From the NCBI GenBank assembly GCA_007378955.1, contig VMGY01000004.1, forward strand, positions 1 through 55,364: 55,364 nt of DNA, written 5' to 3'. Position numbers and translations under genes: made by a program. This DNA comes from Parcubacteria group bacterium Athens0714_12. Lineage in GTDB: Bacteria > Patescibacteriota > Patescibacteriia > UBA2591 > VMGY01. Each line of letters begins with the position of its first letter. Position 1 is the stretch's first letter. The notes under the pieces were generated by a model that saw only the letters and a list, made by a program, of their open reading frames with translations, was not told where the DNA came from and searched no databases. This document shows, piece by piece, positions 8,553 to 17,273 of this stretch.

Positions 8553-10136
8553 ATGAAATTATTGCCATCTGACATTGTTTTAATTTTACCGCCGCGGCGC
8601 TGGAAAGAACGCCGTTATTCATTAGGATTATTATTTATTTCCGGCTATTTAAGGAGCAATGGCTATGATAATATTATTTTAGAAAGAAAATTATTGGCTG
8701 GCCGCGAGTATGATAATAGCCTTGCCAGAGAATTGCTTTTAAAAAAAATAGAAGAATTAAAGCCAAAAATTATTGCTTTTACCGGCACCATTCTTGAAAC
8801 TAATGAAATAATAGAACTGAATAATAAAATAAAAGAAAAGATAGAAGTTTTTAGCATTGTCGGCGGTCCTCAAGCCAGTGTTTGCCCGGAAGAATTCGTT
8901 AAAAATAATTTTGACGCCGCGGCAATAGGGGAAGGGGAAGAGACGATTTTAGAATTGGTTAGGGCGATAGAAAACAATGATTCCGATCTGGGAAAAATAA
9001 AAGGTATTGCTTATAAAGATAAAGAAGGAAATATCCGCGTTAATCCGCGGCGCGAACTGATGGATATTTCTTTTTTGCCTTTGCCTGCTTATGATAAAAT
9101 TGACATGGCTTACCATACCGCAATTACTAATGAAGTGGTCAGAGGCATTCCGGTCAAGCCGGCAATGGTGATGTCCAGCCGCGGCTGCCCGTTTCTTTGC
9201 AGTTTTTGCTCTACTTATAAAGTTTTTGGCCGAAAAGTAAGATACCGCAACCCGGAAAGCGTGAAAAAAGAAATTGAATTTTTGAAAAATAATTACGGCG
9301 TGGAAAGCATCTGGTTTTCCGATGATACGATGACTATTAACAAAGAACATCTTTTAAAAATTTGCCGTATAATGAAAAACTTGGAATTATTTTGGACAGC
9401 CCAAGCAAGAGTTGATTTAGTTGATGAAGATGTTGTTAAGGAAATGAAAGAAAGCGGCTGCCTGCAATTGGAATTTGGCATAGAATCCGGCTGTCCGCGC
9501 CTTTTGAATGAGATTATTATTAAACAGATTAATTTAGAGCAGGTTAAAAAAGCGGTTGCTTTATGCCGAAAATATAAAATCAGGGTTTTAGCCAATTTTA
9601 TGATGGGCTTTCCCACAGAAACAAAAAAAGAAATGGAGGCGACTTTTAATTTAGCCAAATCACTAAAGGCCAATATTTATTCCTTTTCCATTCTAACTCC
9701 ATTGCCCGGCACTGATATTTTTAACAGATTTTTTAAAGATGAAATCATCATGAATGATTACAAGGATTTAAGTTTTTTTATCGGCAAGAAAAAATTCAAT
9801 AAATCAGAAGTAGATGATTTAAAAAAATTAAATGACATCTGGCGCAAAAAATTATGGCTGCAAGTGCGCATTAGAAATCTTACCCACCCTTTTTTGTTTA
9901 TAAAAATATTTTTTAAGCTTAGCCATAAAAAAGAAAGAATAAAATTTGTATTTAATAAAATCAAAAAATTAATAAAATTTAATAAGCATAAAAGCATGGG
10001 CTCGGAAAAAAGATTTGGTTACGAGTGGGGGAAATACCATCAGATGGATTCCAATTACGAAATCCAGTTTAAAAAATGGATTTCGCCTTTCAGCCAAGAA
10101 ATTTTTAAAGATAAAAAAGTTTTAGACGCTGGCTAA
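8553..10136 (+). CDS. cobalamin-binding-domain (class B) radical SAM enzyme #1; the reading frame runs on into the 5' end of a duplicated methyltransferase
   Basis: N-terminal Rossmann-like domain (IVGGPQAS ... IGEGEETILELV), then SRGCPFLCSFC (CX3CX2C). From codon 482 (ATG 9996) the sequence is MGSEKRFGYEW..., the start of the methyltransferase duplicate, ending at TAA 10134-10136. Confidence 0.8.
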   Translation: MKLLPSDIVLILPPRRWKERRYSLGLLFISGYLRSNGYDNIILERKLLAGREYDNSLARELLLKKIEELKPKIIAFTGTILETNEIIELNNKIKEKIEVFSIVGGPQASVCPEEFVKNNFDAAAIGEGEETILELVRAIENNDSDLGKIKGIAYKDKEGNIRVNPRRELMDISFLPLPAYDKIDMAYHTAITNEVVRGIPVKPAMVMSSRGCPFLCSFCSTYKVFGRKVRYRNPESVKKEIEFLKNNYGVESIWFSDDTMTINKEHLLKICRIMKNLELFWTAQARVDLVDEDVVKEMKESGCLQLEFGIESGCPRLLNEIIIKQINLEQVKKAVALCRKYKIRVLANFMMGFPTETKKEMEATFNLAKSLKANIYSFSILTPLPGTDIFNRFFKDEIIMNDYKDLSFFIGKKKFNKSEVDDLKKLNDIWRKKLWLQVRIRNLTHPFLFIKIFFKLSHKKERIKFVFNKIKKLIKFNKHKSMGSEKRFGYEWGKYHQMDSNYEIQFKKWISPFSQEIFKDKKVLDAG

Positions 10137-10715
10137 GAGTTAGTCGCTTTTGATTTTGACCAACGGAGCGTGGGAGCGGCAAAAAAAAATTTATCGCCTT
10201 ATCCTAACGCGAAAATAGAATTTAAAAGCATTTACGATTTGCCGCGGGAAAATGAATTTGATATCGCTTTTTGCATTGGCGTGATTCATCATTTGGAAAA
10301 TCCGGATTTGGCGATTAAAAATTTGATTCGCGCCGTTAAGCCCGGAGGAATAATTTTAATTTGGGTTTACGGCCATGAAAGCAATGAATGGATAGTTAAG
10401 TGGATTAATCCTTTAAGGATTCATTTAACCAGCAAACTGCCATTGCCAATTCTCCATTTACTCACTTATTGTTTTAGTTCGCTTTTCTGGATTTTTCTCA
10501 AATTATTTCCCCAAAAATCTTCTTATTTGAAGCAAGTTTCTCAATTTAAATTTTTTCATCTTCATTCCATAATTTTTGACCAATTATTGCCAAAAATCGC
10601 TCGTTATTATAAAAAAGATGAAGCTGAACAGCTTTTAATAAAACAAGGATTAAAAAATGTCGGCATTTCCCATCCTAATGAAAATAGCTGGACAGTTTAC
10701 GGTTATAAAAGTTAA
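9996..10715 (+). pseudogene. duplicated SAM methyltransferase disrupted by a 45-nt deletion that creates an in-frame TAA and removes SAM-binding motif I
   Basis: Collinear with 7737-8501 and roughly 85-90% identical at protein level by eye. The 45 nt corresponding to 7876-7920 (encoding CGMGRNSYWLLKYGA) are missing, and the junction reads GGC TAA GAG at 10131-10139. Confidence 0.75.
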
Positions 10716-10819
10716 GATATTTAAAAATAGACACAAATTTTTAAAATTTAAAAAATTAGGCAATGTTAATTTATTTATCTTACCTGGTTTGTTTTAATAG
10801 GGCGGCATTATACAAAAAT

Positions 10820-10847
10820 TTGACATAGATATTGAGTTTAGTATTAT
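10820..10847 (+). promoter_or_regulatory. candidate sigma70-type promoter
   Basis: TTGACA (10820-10825), 16-nt spacer, TATTAT (10842-10847), inside a 279-nt AT-rich gap. Confidence 0.35.
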
Positions 10848-10902
10848 AAAGAAAGGTCGTGATTTTTTTTAAACCGCTTTATAATATACAGACATATGTG
10901 GT

Positions 10903-10931
10903 TTGACATGGAAAAAGTAATTATATATGAT
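10903..10931 (+). promoter_or_regulatory. candidate sigma70-type promoter
   Basis: TTGACA (10903-10908), 17-nt spacer, TATGAT (10926-10931), about 65 nt upstream of the NUDIX gene start. Confidence 0.4.
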
Positions 10932-10994
10932 GATTCAAAACCAAATGATAGATAAAAAATAATTTTTAAAAAAATAAATTAAAATAATAATTTT

Positions 10995-11489
10995 ATGAAT
11001 ATTGCAGAGGCTATAAAAGTTCTCAAAAAAAAAGTTTCAAATCCATCATTAGGTTTACCTGATGATCTATTTTATTATGTTACTACAATAACCCCAATGA
11101 TTAATGTTGACCTTTTAATTAAAGATGAAAAAGGGCGGACATTGTTATCATGGCGCAATGATCAGTATGCAGGGAAAGGATGGCATTTGCCCGGCGGAAT
11201 TATTAGATTTAAAGAGACCATGGAAACAAGGATTCAAAAGGTAGCGGAAACTGAAATAGGAGTGAAAGTGGATTATGACCCGAATCCCTTAGCGATAAAT
11301 GAAATAATAAATAATGAGCGAGAAATCAGAGGGCATTTCATTTCAGTGTTATATAGATGTTCGCTGTCATCTGATTTTGTCCCAAAAAATAAAGGGATAT
11401 CCAAAACAGAGCCGGGATATCTTATGTGGCACGACCAATGCCCCGATAATCTATTGAAATGGCATGATATTTATAGAAAGTATATATAG
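10995..11489 (+). CDS. NUDIX hydrolase (GDP-mannose mannosyl hydrolase / WcaH-like)
   Basis: Nudix box GGIIRFKETMETRIQKVAETEIG. Its size and its position in a sugar-nucleotide cluster resemble NudD/WcaH. Confidence 0.65.
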   Translation: MNIAEAIKVLKKKVSNPSLGLPDDLFYYVTTITPMINVDLLIKDEKGRTLLSWRNDQYAGKGWHLPGGIIRFKETMETRIQKVAETEIGVKVDYDPNPLAINEIINNEREIRGHFISVLYRCSLSSDFVPKNKGISKTEPGYLMWHDQCPDNLLKWHDIYRKYI

Positions 11490-11508
11490 AAATTTAATTT
11501 AAACGATT

Positions 11509-13311
11509 ATGAGAGTAGCTGATTATATTTTTAAATATTTGGCCGATTACGGAATTAAGCATGTTTTTTTGGTTTCCGGCGGCGGAGCGATGCATTTGAA
11601 TGACGCTTTAAAAAAAGAGAAGCGGATTAAATACGTCTGTTATCACCACGAACAGGGAGCGGCGATTGCCGCCGAAGGCTATTCCAGAACTAATGGAGAA
11701 TTGGCGGTTGTTAATGTGACCTCGGGACCCGGAGGAACTAACGCGTTAACAGGTGTTATCGGGCAGTGGCTTGATTCTATCCCTGTTTTATATTTATCAG
11801 GCCAGGTAAAATTTGAGACGACAATCGCGTCCGTTCCTGGAAGTTGTTTGCGCCAGCTTGGCGATCAAGAGATAAATATAATTGATATAGTCAAGCCGAT
11901 CACCAAATACGCGAAGATGATTACTGAACCTGAGACTATAAAAGCTGAACTGGAAAAAGCCGTTAAAATTGCCACCTCGGGAAGGCCCGGGCCGGTATGG
12001 TTGGATATTCCTTTGAATGTTCAAGGAGCATTGATTGATGAGCAAAAACTTAAAAGCGAGAATATAGATAATACTCAATTGGCGGTGGATGATAAGATTA
12101 TCTCGGCAGTTGCTGAAGAATTGCAAAAAGCCGAGAGGCCGGTGCTTATTGCCGGGCATGGCATCAGGATCGCTAAGGCGCGGAATCAGTTTTTGGAATT
12201 AGTTGATTCTTTAAATATTCCGGTGGTAACGACTTTTAATGGATTTGATTTAATTCCTTCTGAATCCAATAATTTTATCGGCAGGATCGGGACACTGGGC
12301 AGTCGCGCGGGAAATTTTGCTTTACAAAACGCGGATTTTGTCCTTTGTCTCGGGACAAGGAATAATATAAGACAAATCAGTTATAACTGGACCTGTTTTG
12401 CCAGGAACGCGAAAAAGATTATTGTTGATATTGACGAAGCGGAGTTAAATAAAAAAACAGCGAAAGCTGATATTTTAGTTCATCTGGACGCGAAAGTTTT
12501 TATTAATGAACTATTAAAAAAAATACCTAAAGATTTTCGTATCGATAAGGCGTGGTTGGAATGGTGTCTCGCGCGGAAGAAAAAATACCCCGTTGTATTA
12601 GATGAGTATAAAGCGCGGAATGAAAATTGTCTGCACCCATATTTGTTCATTGAAAAATTAACAGACAAATTAGATGATGACGCTATTATAGTAGCGGGAA
12701 ATGGGACCGCCTGCGTGGCTTTGTTTCAGGCCGGTATTGTAAAACCCGGACAACGTATTTTTTGGAATTCAGGCTGCGCGGCAATGGGGTACGCGTTGCC
12801 CGCTTCTATAGGCGCGGCTTTCACGGGAAATCAGGAAGTGATTTGTATTGAAGGAGATGGCAGTATTCAGATGAATATTCAGGAATTGCAAACTATTAAA
12901 CATAATAATTTGCCGGTAAAAATATTTATACTGAATAATCAAGGCTACCGGTCAATAGAACAAACCCAAGCAACATTTTTCAAAGGCGACTTTATCGGCT
13001 GCAACAAAGAATCAGGGGTGTCTTTTCCGGATAATTCAAAATTAGCCGATTTATATGGTATGGAGTTCTTTAAAATCAATTCAACTGACAATATGGAGCA
13101 ACAAATTGATAATGTTTTAGCTTATAAAGGGGCGGCAATATGTGAAGTTGTTTTGGACCGTAATTATATATTCTCGCCCAAATTATCATCCGAAAGAAAA
13201 GCTGACGGAAGCATGGTGTCAAAACCATTAGAAGATCTTTGTCCTTTTCTTGAACGCGAAGAATTTTATTCAAATATGATTGTTAATGATGAGGAGGTGG
13301 AAAATGTCTGA
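11509..13311 (+). CDS. thiamine-diphosphate-dependent enzyme, acetolactate-synthase-like (candidate YerE-type sugar branching enzyme)
   Basis: N-terminal GGGAMHL ... YHHEQGAAIAAEGY ... VTSGPGGTN. The ThDP motif GDGSIQMN...NN has exactly 24 residues between GDG and NN. Confidence 0.8.
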   Translation: MRVADYIFKYLADYGIKHVFLVSGGGAMHLNDALKKEKRIKYVCYHHEQGAAIAAEGYSRTNGELAVVNVTSGPGGTNALTGVIGQWLDSIPVLYLSGQVKFETTIASVPGSCLRQLGDQEINIIDIVKPITKYAKMITEPETIKAELEKAVKIATSGRPGPVWLDIPLNVQGALIDEQKLKSENIDNTQLAVDDKIISAVAEELQKAERPVLIAGHGIRIAKARNQFLELVDSLNIPVVTTFNGFDLIPSESNNFIGRIGTLGSRAGNFALQNADFVLCLGTRNNIRQISYNWTCFARNAKKIIVDIDEAELNKKTAKADILVHLDAKVFINELLKKIPKDFRIDKAWLEWCLARKKKYPVVLDEYKARNENCLHPYLFIEKLTDKLDDDAIIVAGNGTACVALFQAGIVKPGQRIFWNSGCAAMGYALPASIGAAFTGNQEVICIEGDGSIQMNIQELQTIKHNNLPVKIFILNNQGYRSIEQTQATFFKGDFIGCNKESGVSFPDNSKLADLYGMEFFKINSTDNMEQQIDNVLAYKGAAICEVVLDRNYIFSPKLSSERKADGSMVSKPLEDLCPFLEREEFYSNMIVNDEEVENV

Positions 13312-14080
13312 ACTTAATGAAAAAATAAAACTTTTTGCTTTTGATTTAGACGGGATTTTATATATCGGGGATAACGCAATGCCAGGCGCGGTTGAATTGG
13401 TAAATCATTTGAGGGAAAAATATCAGGTTGTTTTTTTCACCAATAATTCTTCAAAAACATCACGCCAGGTGCATGAGAAGTTAAATAAGCTGCGGATAGA
13501 ATGCGCGTTAAATGAAGTGTATACTTCTTCTTCCGCCACTGCCGATTATTTAAAGGAATCCGGTATTGATGATGTATATGTTGTTGGTTCAAAAGGTTTT
13601 CGCGAGGAAATTCGCGGTCACGGAATTAGGATAGTTGATGATGATTCGGCGAAAAATCTTGTTGTTGGGCTTGACTTTGATTTCAGTTATGATAAAATAG
13701 CGATAGCGTTATCGATATTGCTCAAAGGAGGGAAGTTTATTGTATGTAATAAAGACCGTTCTTTTCACGCAGGAGAAAATAAATTTCTGCCGGGGTGCGG
13801 GGCAATAGTAGGCGCAATTTCTGCCGCAGCAGACAAGAAGCCCGATTTTATCGTAGGTAAACCGAATACCTATATTTTATCAAAAATTTCTAAAGATTTT
13901 AATGTTGAGCATGATGAAATTGTTGTAGTCGGCGATTCTTATGAAAGTGATATTAAAATGGCCTTAAATTATAAAAGTAAATCAATTTTAATCAATAATA
14001 ATGATTATATTGCCCATGAGGATATTATTGTATTTAAAGACCTTAAGGAATTGTTAAACTATAGAAGGAGGGAGAAATGA
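13304..14080 (+). CDS. HAD-IIA family hydrolase/phosphatase (NagD-like)
   Basis: Start chosen at ATG 13304, preceded by GAGGAGGTGG (13291-13300). Motif I FAFDLDG, FFTNNSSKT and motif IV VVGDSYESD. There is an 8-nt overlap with the upstream stop. Confidence 0.7.
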   Translation: MSELNEKIKLFAFDLDGILYIGDNAMPGAVELVNHLREKYQVVFFTNNSSKTSRQVHEKLNKLRIECALNEVYTSSSATADYLKESGIDDVYVVGSKGFREEIRGHGIRIVDDDSAKNLVVGLDFDFSYDKIAIALSILLKGGKFIVCNKDRSFHAGENKFLPGCGAIVGAISAAADKKPDFIVGKPNTYILSKISKDFNVEHDEIVVVGDSYESDIKMALNYKSKSILINNNDYIAHEDIIVFKDLKELLNYRRREK

Positions 14081-14859
14081 ATATTTTAGAATATGAGATG
14101 ATTGATTTATTAAGGAAATTAAAAGATGAGTATGGTGTTTTTGAGATCAAGGCCGAATATGAAAATGAAGGCAGTAGGCAGGTGGAGTTGATGCGCTTAA
14201 AAGATGTTGCCGATCAGGTAGGGTTGCCGGTAATCTTAAAAATCGGCGGAGTAGAAGCAATAACAGATATTTATGAAGCGCTCTCGTTAGGGGCAAAAGG
14301 GATCATCGCTCCTATGGCAGAAACAGGCTTTGCCGCAAGCAAATTCTTAAATGCCATTGATACATTCGTGCCGGAAGACAATCAAAAGGATATTGAATTC
14401 GCCATAAATATTGAAACGATTACTGCTTATAATAATATTGATGAAATACTGGGGCAGGATAAGATCAACCTCTTAGGCAGTATCACGGTTGGCAGGGTTG
14501 ATTTTACCGCTTCCATAGGTGCTGACAGAAGTTTCGTCAACAGTGATAAAATGTTGAAATATTGCGCGGATATTTTCAAAAAAGCAAAAGCAAAAGGATT
14601 AAGAACCGCTCTTGGCGGAGCAATATCTAATGATTCAATATCGTTTATTAAAGATCTTGCGTCAAAGGATCTCATAGATAAATATGAGACGCGCAAGTTG
14701 GTGTTTCGAAAAGACGCGGTCAAAAATATTTCAGCAGGACTTGGGGAAGGAATAAAATTTGAACTCCTCTGGCTGAAGAGCAAAAGACGCTATTATCATC
14801 GCATTCGCAATGAAGATGAAAAAAGAATTGCCATGCTTGAAGCAAGAGTTTTTAAATAA
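14077..14859 (+). CDS. HpcH/HpaI aldolase / citrate-lyase-beta-like TIM-barrel protein
   Basis: GAKGIIAPMAETGFAA and ITVGRVDFTASIG resemble the PMVE and G..D motifs of the HpcH/HpaI family. ATGA overlap with the HAD gene. Confidence 0.45.
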   Translation: MNILEYEMIDLLRKLKDEYGVFEIKAEYENEGSRQVELMRLKDVADQVGLPVILKIGGVEAITDIYEALSLGAKGIIAPMAETGFAASKFLNAIDTFVPEDNQKDIEFAINIETITAYNNIDEILGQDKINLLGSITVGRVDFTASIGADRSFVNSDKMLKYCADIFKKAKAKGLRTALGGAISNDSISFIKDLASKDLIDKYETRKLVFRKDAVKNISAGLGEGIKFELLWLKSKRRYYHRIRNEDEKRIAMLEARVFK

Positions 14860-14872
14860 AATCTTTTATAAA

Positions 14873-14903
14873 AAAACCGTTTGTTAAAATCAAACGGTTT
14901 TTA
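14873..14903 (+). terminator. rho-independent terminator
   Basis: AAACCGTTTG - TTAAAAT - CAAACGGTTT followed by a T run, 14 nt after the stop. Confidence 0.6.
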
Positions 14904-14950
14904 CTTGCTTAAATTCATTTAATCTATTAAATTTAAATAGAGGATATATT

Positions 14951-16087
14951 ATGAATTTCCGAAATTGCCATTTATGTAATAAGGAACTTTCCCCTGAGCC
15001 AGTCCTTGAATTAAAAGGGATGCCTAAGGCTGCCCAATATTATCCGGAAAAGAATGAGTTTGCGGATGATAAAGGAATAACCTTGATAATATGCCAATGT
15101 TCAAATTGCGGTTTGGTACAACATCGTATGAGGCCGGTGGAATATTTTAAAGAAGTAATCACCGCCGCGTCCTTATCGGAAAAATCCAGATTATCCCGGT
15201 TGAATCAGATGAAGGAGCTTGCCCAGCGGTTTGGACTTCATGGCAAGAAGGTTTTAGATATTGGCACTGGCAAGGGAGAAATGCTGGATGTTCTGGAAGA
15301 AGCGGGATTTAAAGCCGCGGGAATTGAGGCTTCACCGGAATCAGTAGAGATAGGAAAATCTAGCGGGCGAAAAATGATTAAAGGATATATCGGGGATGCG
15401 GACAAGATAGAGGGTGGTCTCTTTGACGCGTTTATATCATTAAATTATCTTGAACATTTGCCCGAACCGGGGCGTATTATCAGAAACATATACAAGAATT
15501 TAACTGCCAAGGGGGTAGGATTTGTCACGGTTCCGAATCTTGAGTATTTATTAAAGACAAAATGTTTTTACGAATTCGTTGCCGACCACCTTTCGTATTT
15601 CACTAAAAAAACCTTAACCTATGCTTTTGAGGCAAATGGTTTTGATGTTTTAGAATGCTATCCCATTAATGAAGACAACGATATCGCGGCAATAGTAAAA
15701 AAGAAAACCGCGTTAGATATTTCCAAGCAATACAATGAGACAGAAGCTCTGATAAAAGACCTGCAAAAAATTATCGCTGAATACAAATCAAAAAATAAAA
15801 AAGTGGCAGTTTGGGGCGCAGGCCACAGGACGCTGGCACTGCTGGCATTAAGCAAGGCAAATGACATTGAATATATCATTGATTCGGCAAAGTTTAAACA
15901 AGGGAAATTTTCACCCATTACGCATTCAATAATTATGCCCCCTGAATATTTAAATGAAAAAAAAGTAGATTTAGTGATCGTTATGGTGCCGGGGCTTTAC
16001 CCGGGTGAAGTTTTGAAATCGCTCAATAATATGAAGTTAGGCATTGATACCGCGGTGTTGCGTGATAACAAAATTAAGTTTATTTAA
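14951..16087 (+). CDS. NDP-hexose C-methyltransferase (TylCIII-like)
   Basis: N-terminal zinc-ribbon CHLC...CSNCGLVQ, motif I VLDIGTGKGEM, and a C-terminal Rossmann-like domain (VAVWGAGHRT) typical of sugar 3-C-methyltransferases. Confidence 0.6.
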   Translation: MNFRNCHLCNKELSPEPVLELKGMPKAAQYYPEKNEFADDKGITLIICQCSNCGLVQHRMRPVEYFKEVITAASLSEKSRLSRLNQMKELAQRFGLHGKKVLDIGTGKGEMLDVLEEAGFKAAGIEASPESVEIGKSSGRKMIKGYIGDADKIEGGLFDAFISLNYLEHLPEPGRIIRNIYKNLTAKGVGFVTVPNLEYLLKTKCFYEFVADHLSYFTKKTLTYAFEANGFDVLECYPINEDNDIAAIVKKKTALDISKQYNETEALIKDLQKIIAEYKSKNKKVAVWGAGHRTLALLALSKANDIEYIIDSAKFKQGKFSPITHSIIMPPEYLNEKKVDLVIVMVPGLYPGEVLKSLNNMKLGIDTAVLRDNKIKFI

Positions 16088-16112
16088 AGCTTATAAAAAT
16101 AATAATAAAAAA

Positions 16113-17168
16113 ATGCAAAGAACAAAGATAGAAAATAAAAACAGAAGCAGATTACAGGACAAAAAACCATTAGCATATGAAAAGATAATTAAACATCCGG
16201 AAAAGATTAAAAATAAAGAATGCGTCGCTTTAATTCAGCTGCAATATAAATATGCTTGCAATTTCAAGTGCAAGCATTGCGCCATTGAGAGATTTAAGCA
16301 AAAAGATGGCAGACTTTTATCTGTTTCAGACGTTAAACGAATTGCGGATCAGGCCGATGCAATGGGTTTGGCAAGCATTTGTATTTCCGGGGGCGAACCG
16401 CTGATTTTTCCAGAGCTAAAGGATATTATTGACGCAATAGGTCCTGATAGATTTGTTATTAGTATGGATACAAATGGATGGCTCCTAACAGAAGAAAAGA
16501 TAAAATGGTTAGTGGAAATAGGAGTTGATAGAGTTCATTTAAGTATTGATGGTCTTGAATCCAATCATGATATGTTTAGAAATGCAAAAGGGTCATGGAA
16601 AAGATGCATTGAAGCTATAGATTATTGCAAAAAACATGGCCTTGGCGTTATTATCAATATTGTTGCTACGAAAAGCTTGATTGCTTCCGGCGAATTGATT
16701 AAGCAATTGGATTTCATAACTCAATTTGGACAACATGCCAGTATAATTTTTGCGAAACCTACCGGAGCTTTTGAGGAATATAAGGATGAAATATTAGATA
16801 CAAAAGATATCGCGTACATCCAATCGTTACATCAGTCGTCAAATGGAAAATATAATACTTCAACCCATCTATCCCCAAATTGCGGATATGAATTCGGTTG
16901 TATGTGCTTTAAAAGACATCTTTCAATCACCGCTCATGGCGATATATTGCCATGCCCATGGATTCCAATATCAGTTGGCAATATTTTTAATGAAGATTTG
17001 GAAACTGTGATCAAGCGTGGCTTGGGCATAAAGTGGTTTTCTTATGATTGTAAATATAGTTGCTTGAGCGGCAACAGAGATATGTTATTCTATAAAAATA
17101 TTATGCCTCAAATAGAACAATCAGATGCTTACCCCGTTGACTGGAAAAAAATTAAATGGGGGGATTAA
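16113..17168 (+). CDS. radical SAM enzyme with Cys-rich SPASM/twitch-like C-terminal domain
   Basis: CNFKCKHC (CX3CX2C), GGEPL, and a C-terminal CGYEFGCMC ... GDILPCPW ... CKYSC. Start chosen at ATG 16113; the longer ORF from 16044 overlaps the upstream gene. Confidence 0.75.
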   Translation: MQRTKIENKNRSRLQDKKPLAYEKIIKHPEKIKNKECVALIQLQYKYACNFKCKHCAIERFKQKDGRLLSVSDVKRIADQADAMGLASICISGGEPLIFPELKDIIDAIGPDRFVISMDTNGWLLTEEKIKWLVEIGVDRVHLSIDGLESNHDMFRNAKGSWKRCIEAIDYCKKHGLGVIINIVATKSLIASGELIKQLDFITQFGQHASIIFAKPTGAFEEYKDEILDTKDIAYIQSLHQSSNGKYNTSTHLSPNCGYEFGCMCFKRHLSITAHGDILPCPWIPISVGNIFNEDLETVIKRGLGIKWFSYDCKYSCLSGNRDMLFYKNIMPQIEQSDAYPVDWKKIKWGD

Positions 17169-17184
17169 GGTTTAAAGAATCACC

Positions 17185-17259
17185 TTGGACAACATGAATT
17201 TTGGAGTTGATAAAGCAATGCTTCGTGATAATAAGATAGAATTTATGAAAAGTCTATAA
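17185..17259 (+). pseudogene. ghost 3' fragment of a second C-methyltransferase paralogue
   Basis: Translates to LDNMNFGVDKAMLRDNKIEFMKSL*. The C-terminus of the 14951-16087 product is LNNMKLGIDTAVLRDNKIKFI*. Confidence 0.5.
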
Positions 17260-17273
17260 AAAAGGCTAAATAT

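Noticed and set aside
10134-10136. The in-frame TAA in the radical SAM-methyltransferase' reading frame as stop-codon recoding or readthrough.
   Set aside because: The stop coincides exactly with a 45-nt deletion junction that also removes the SAM-binding loop. TAA and TGA clearly terminate the neighbouring genes. A mutational origin is far more parsimonious.
11509-14859. The ThDP enzyme plus TIM-barrel protein as a phosphonate module (phosphonopyruvate decarboxylase plus PEP mutase).
   Set aside because: The ThDP protein is a full-length 600-aa ALS-type enzyme rather than the ~380-aa Ppd type. The TIM-barrel protein shows HpcH/HpaI-like motifs and not the PEP-mutase signature I would expect. 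No aminotransferase or phosphonate-specific gene follows.
17194-17259. The small ORF MNFGVDKAMLRDNKIEFMKSL after the SPASM-type radical SAM gene as a RiPP precursor peptide.
   Set aside because: It aligns residue by residue with the C-terminus of the upstream C-methyltransferase, so it is better explained as a gene remnant. It has no Cys/Ser/Thr-rich core.
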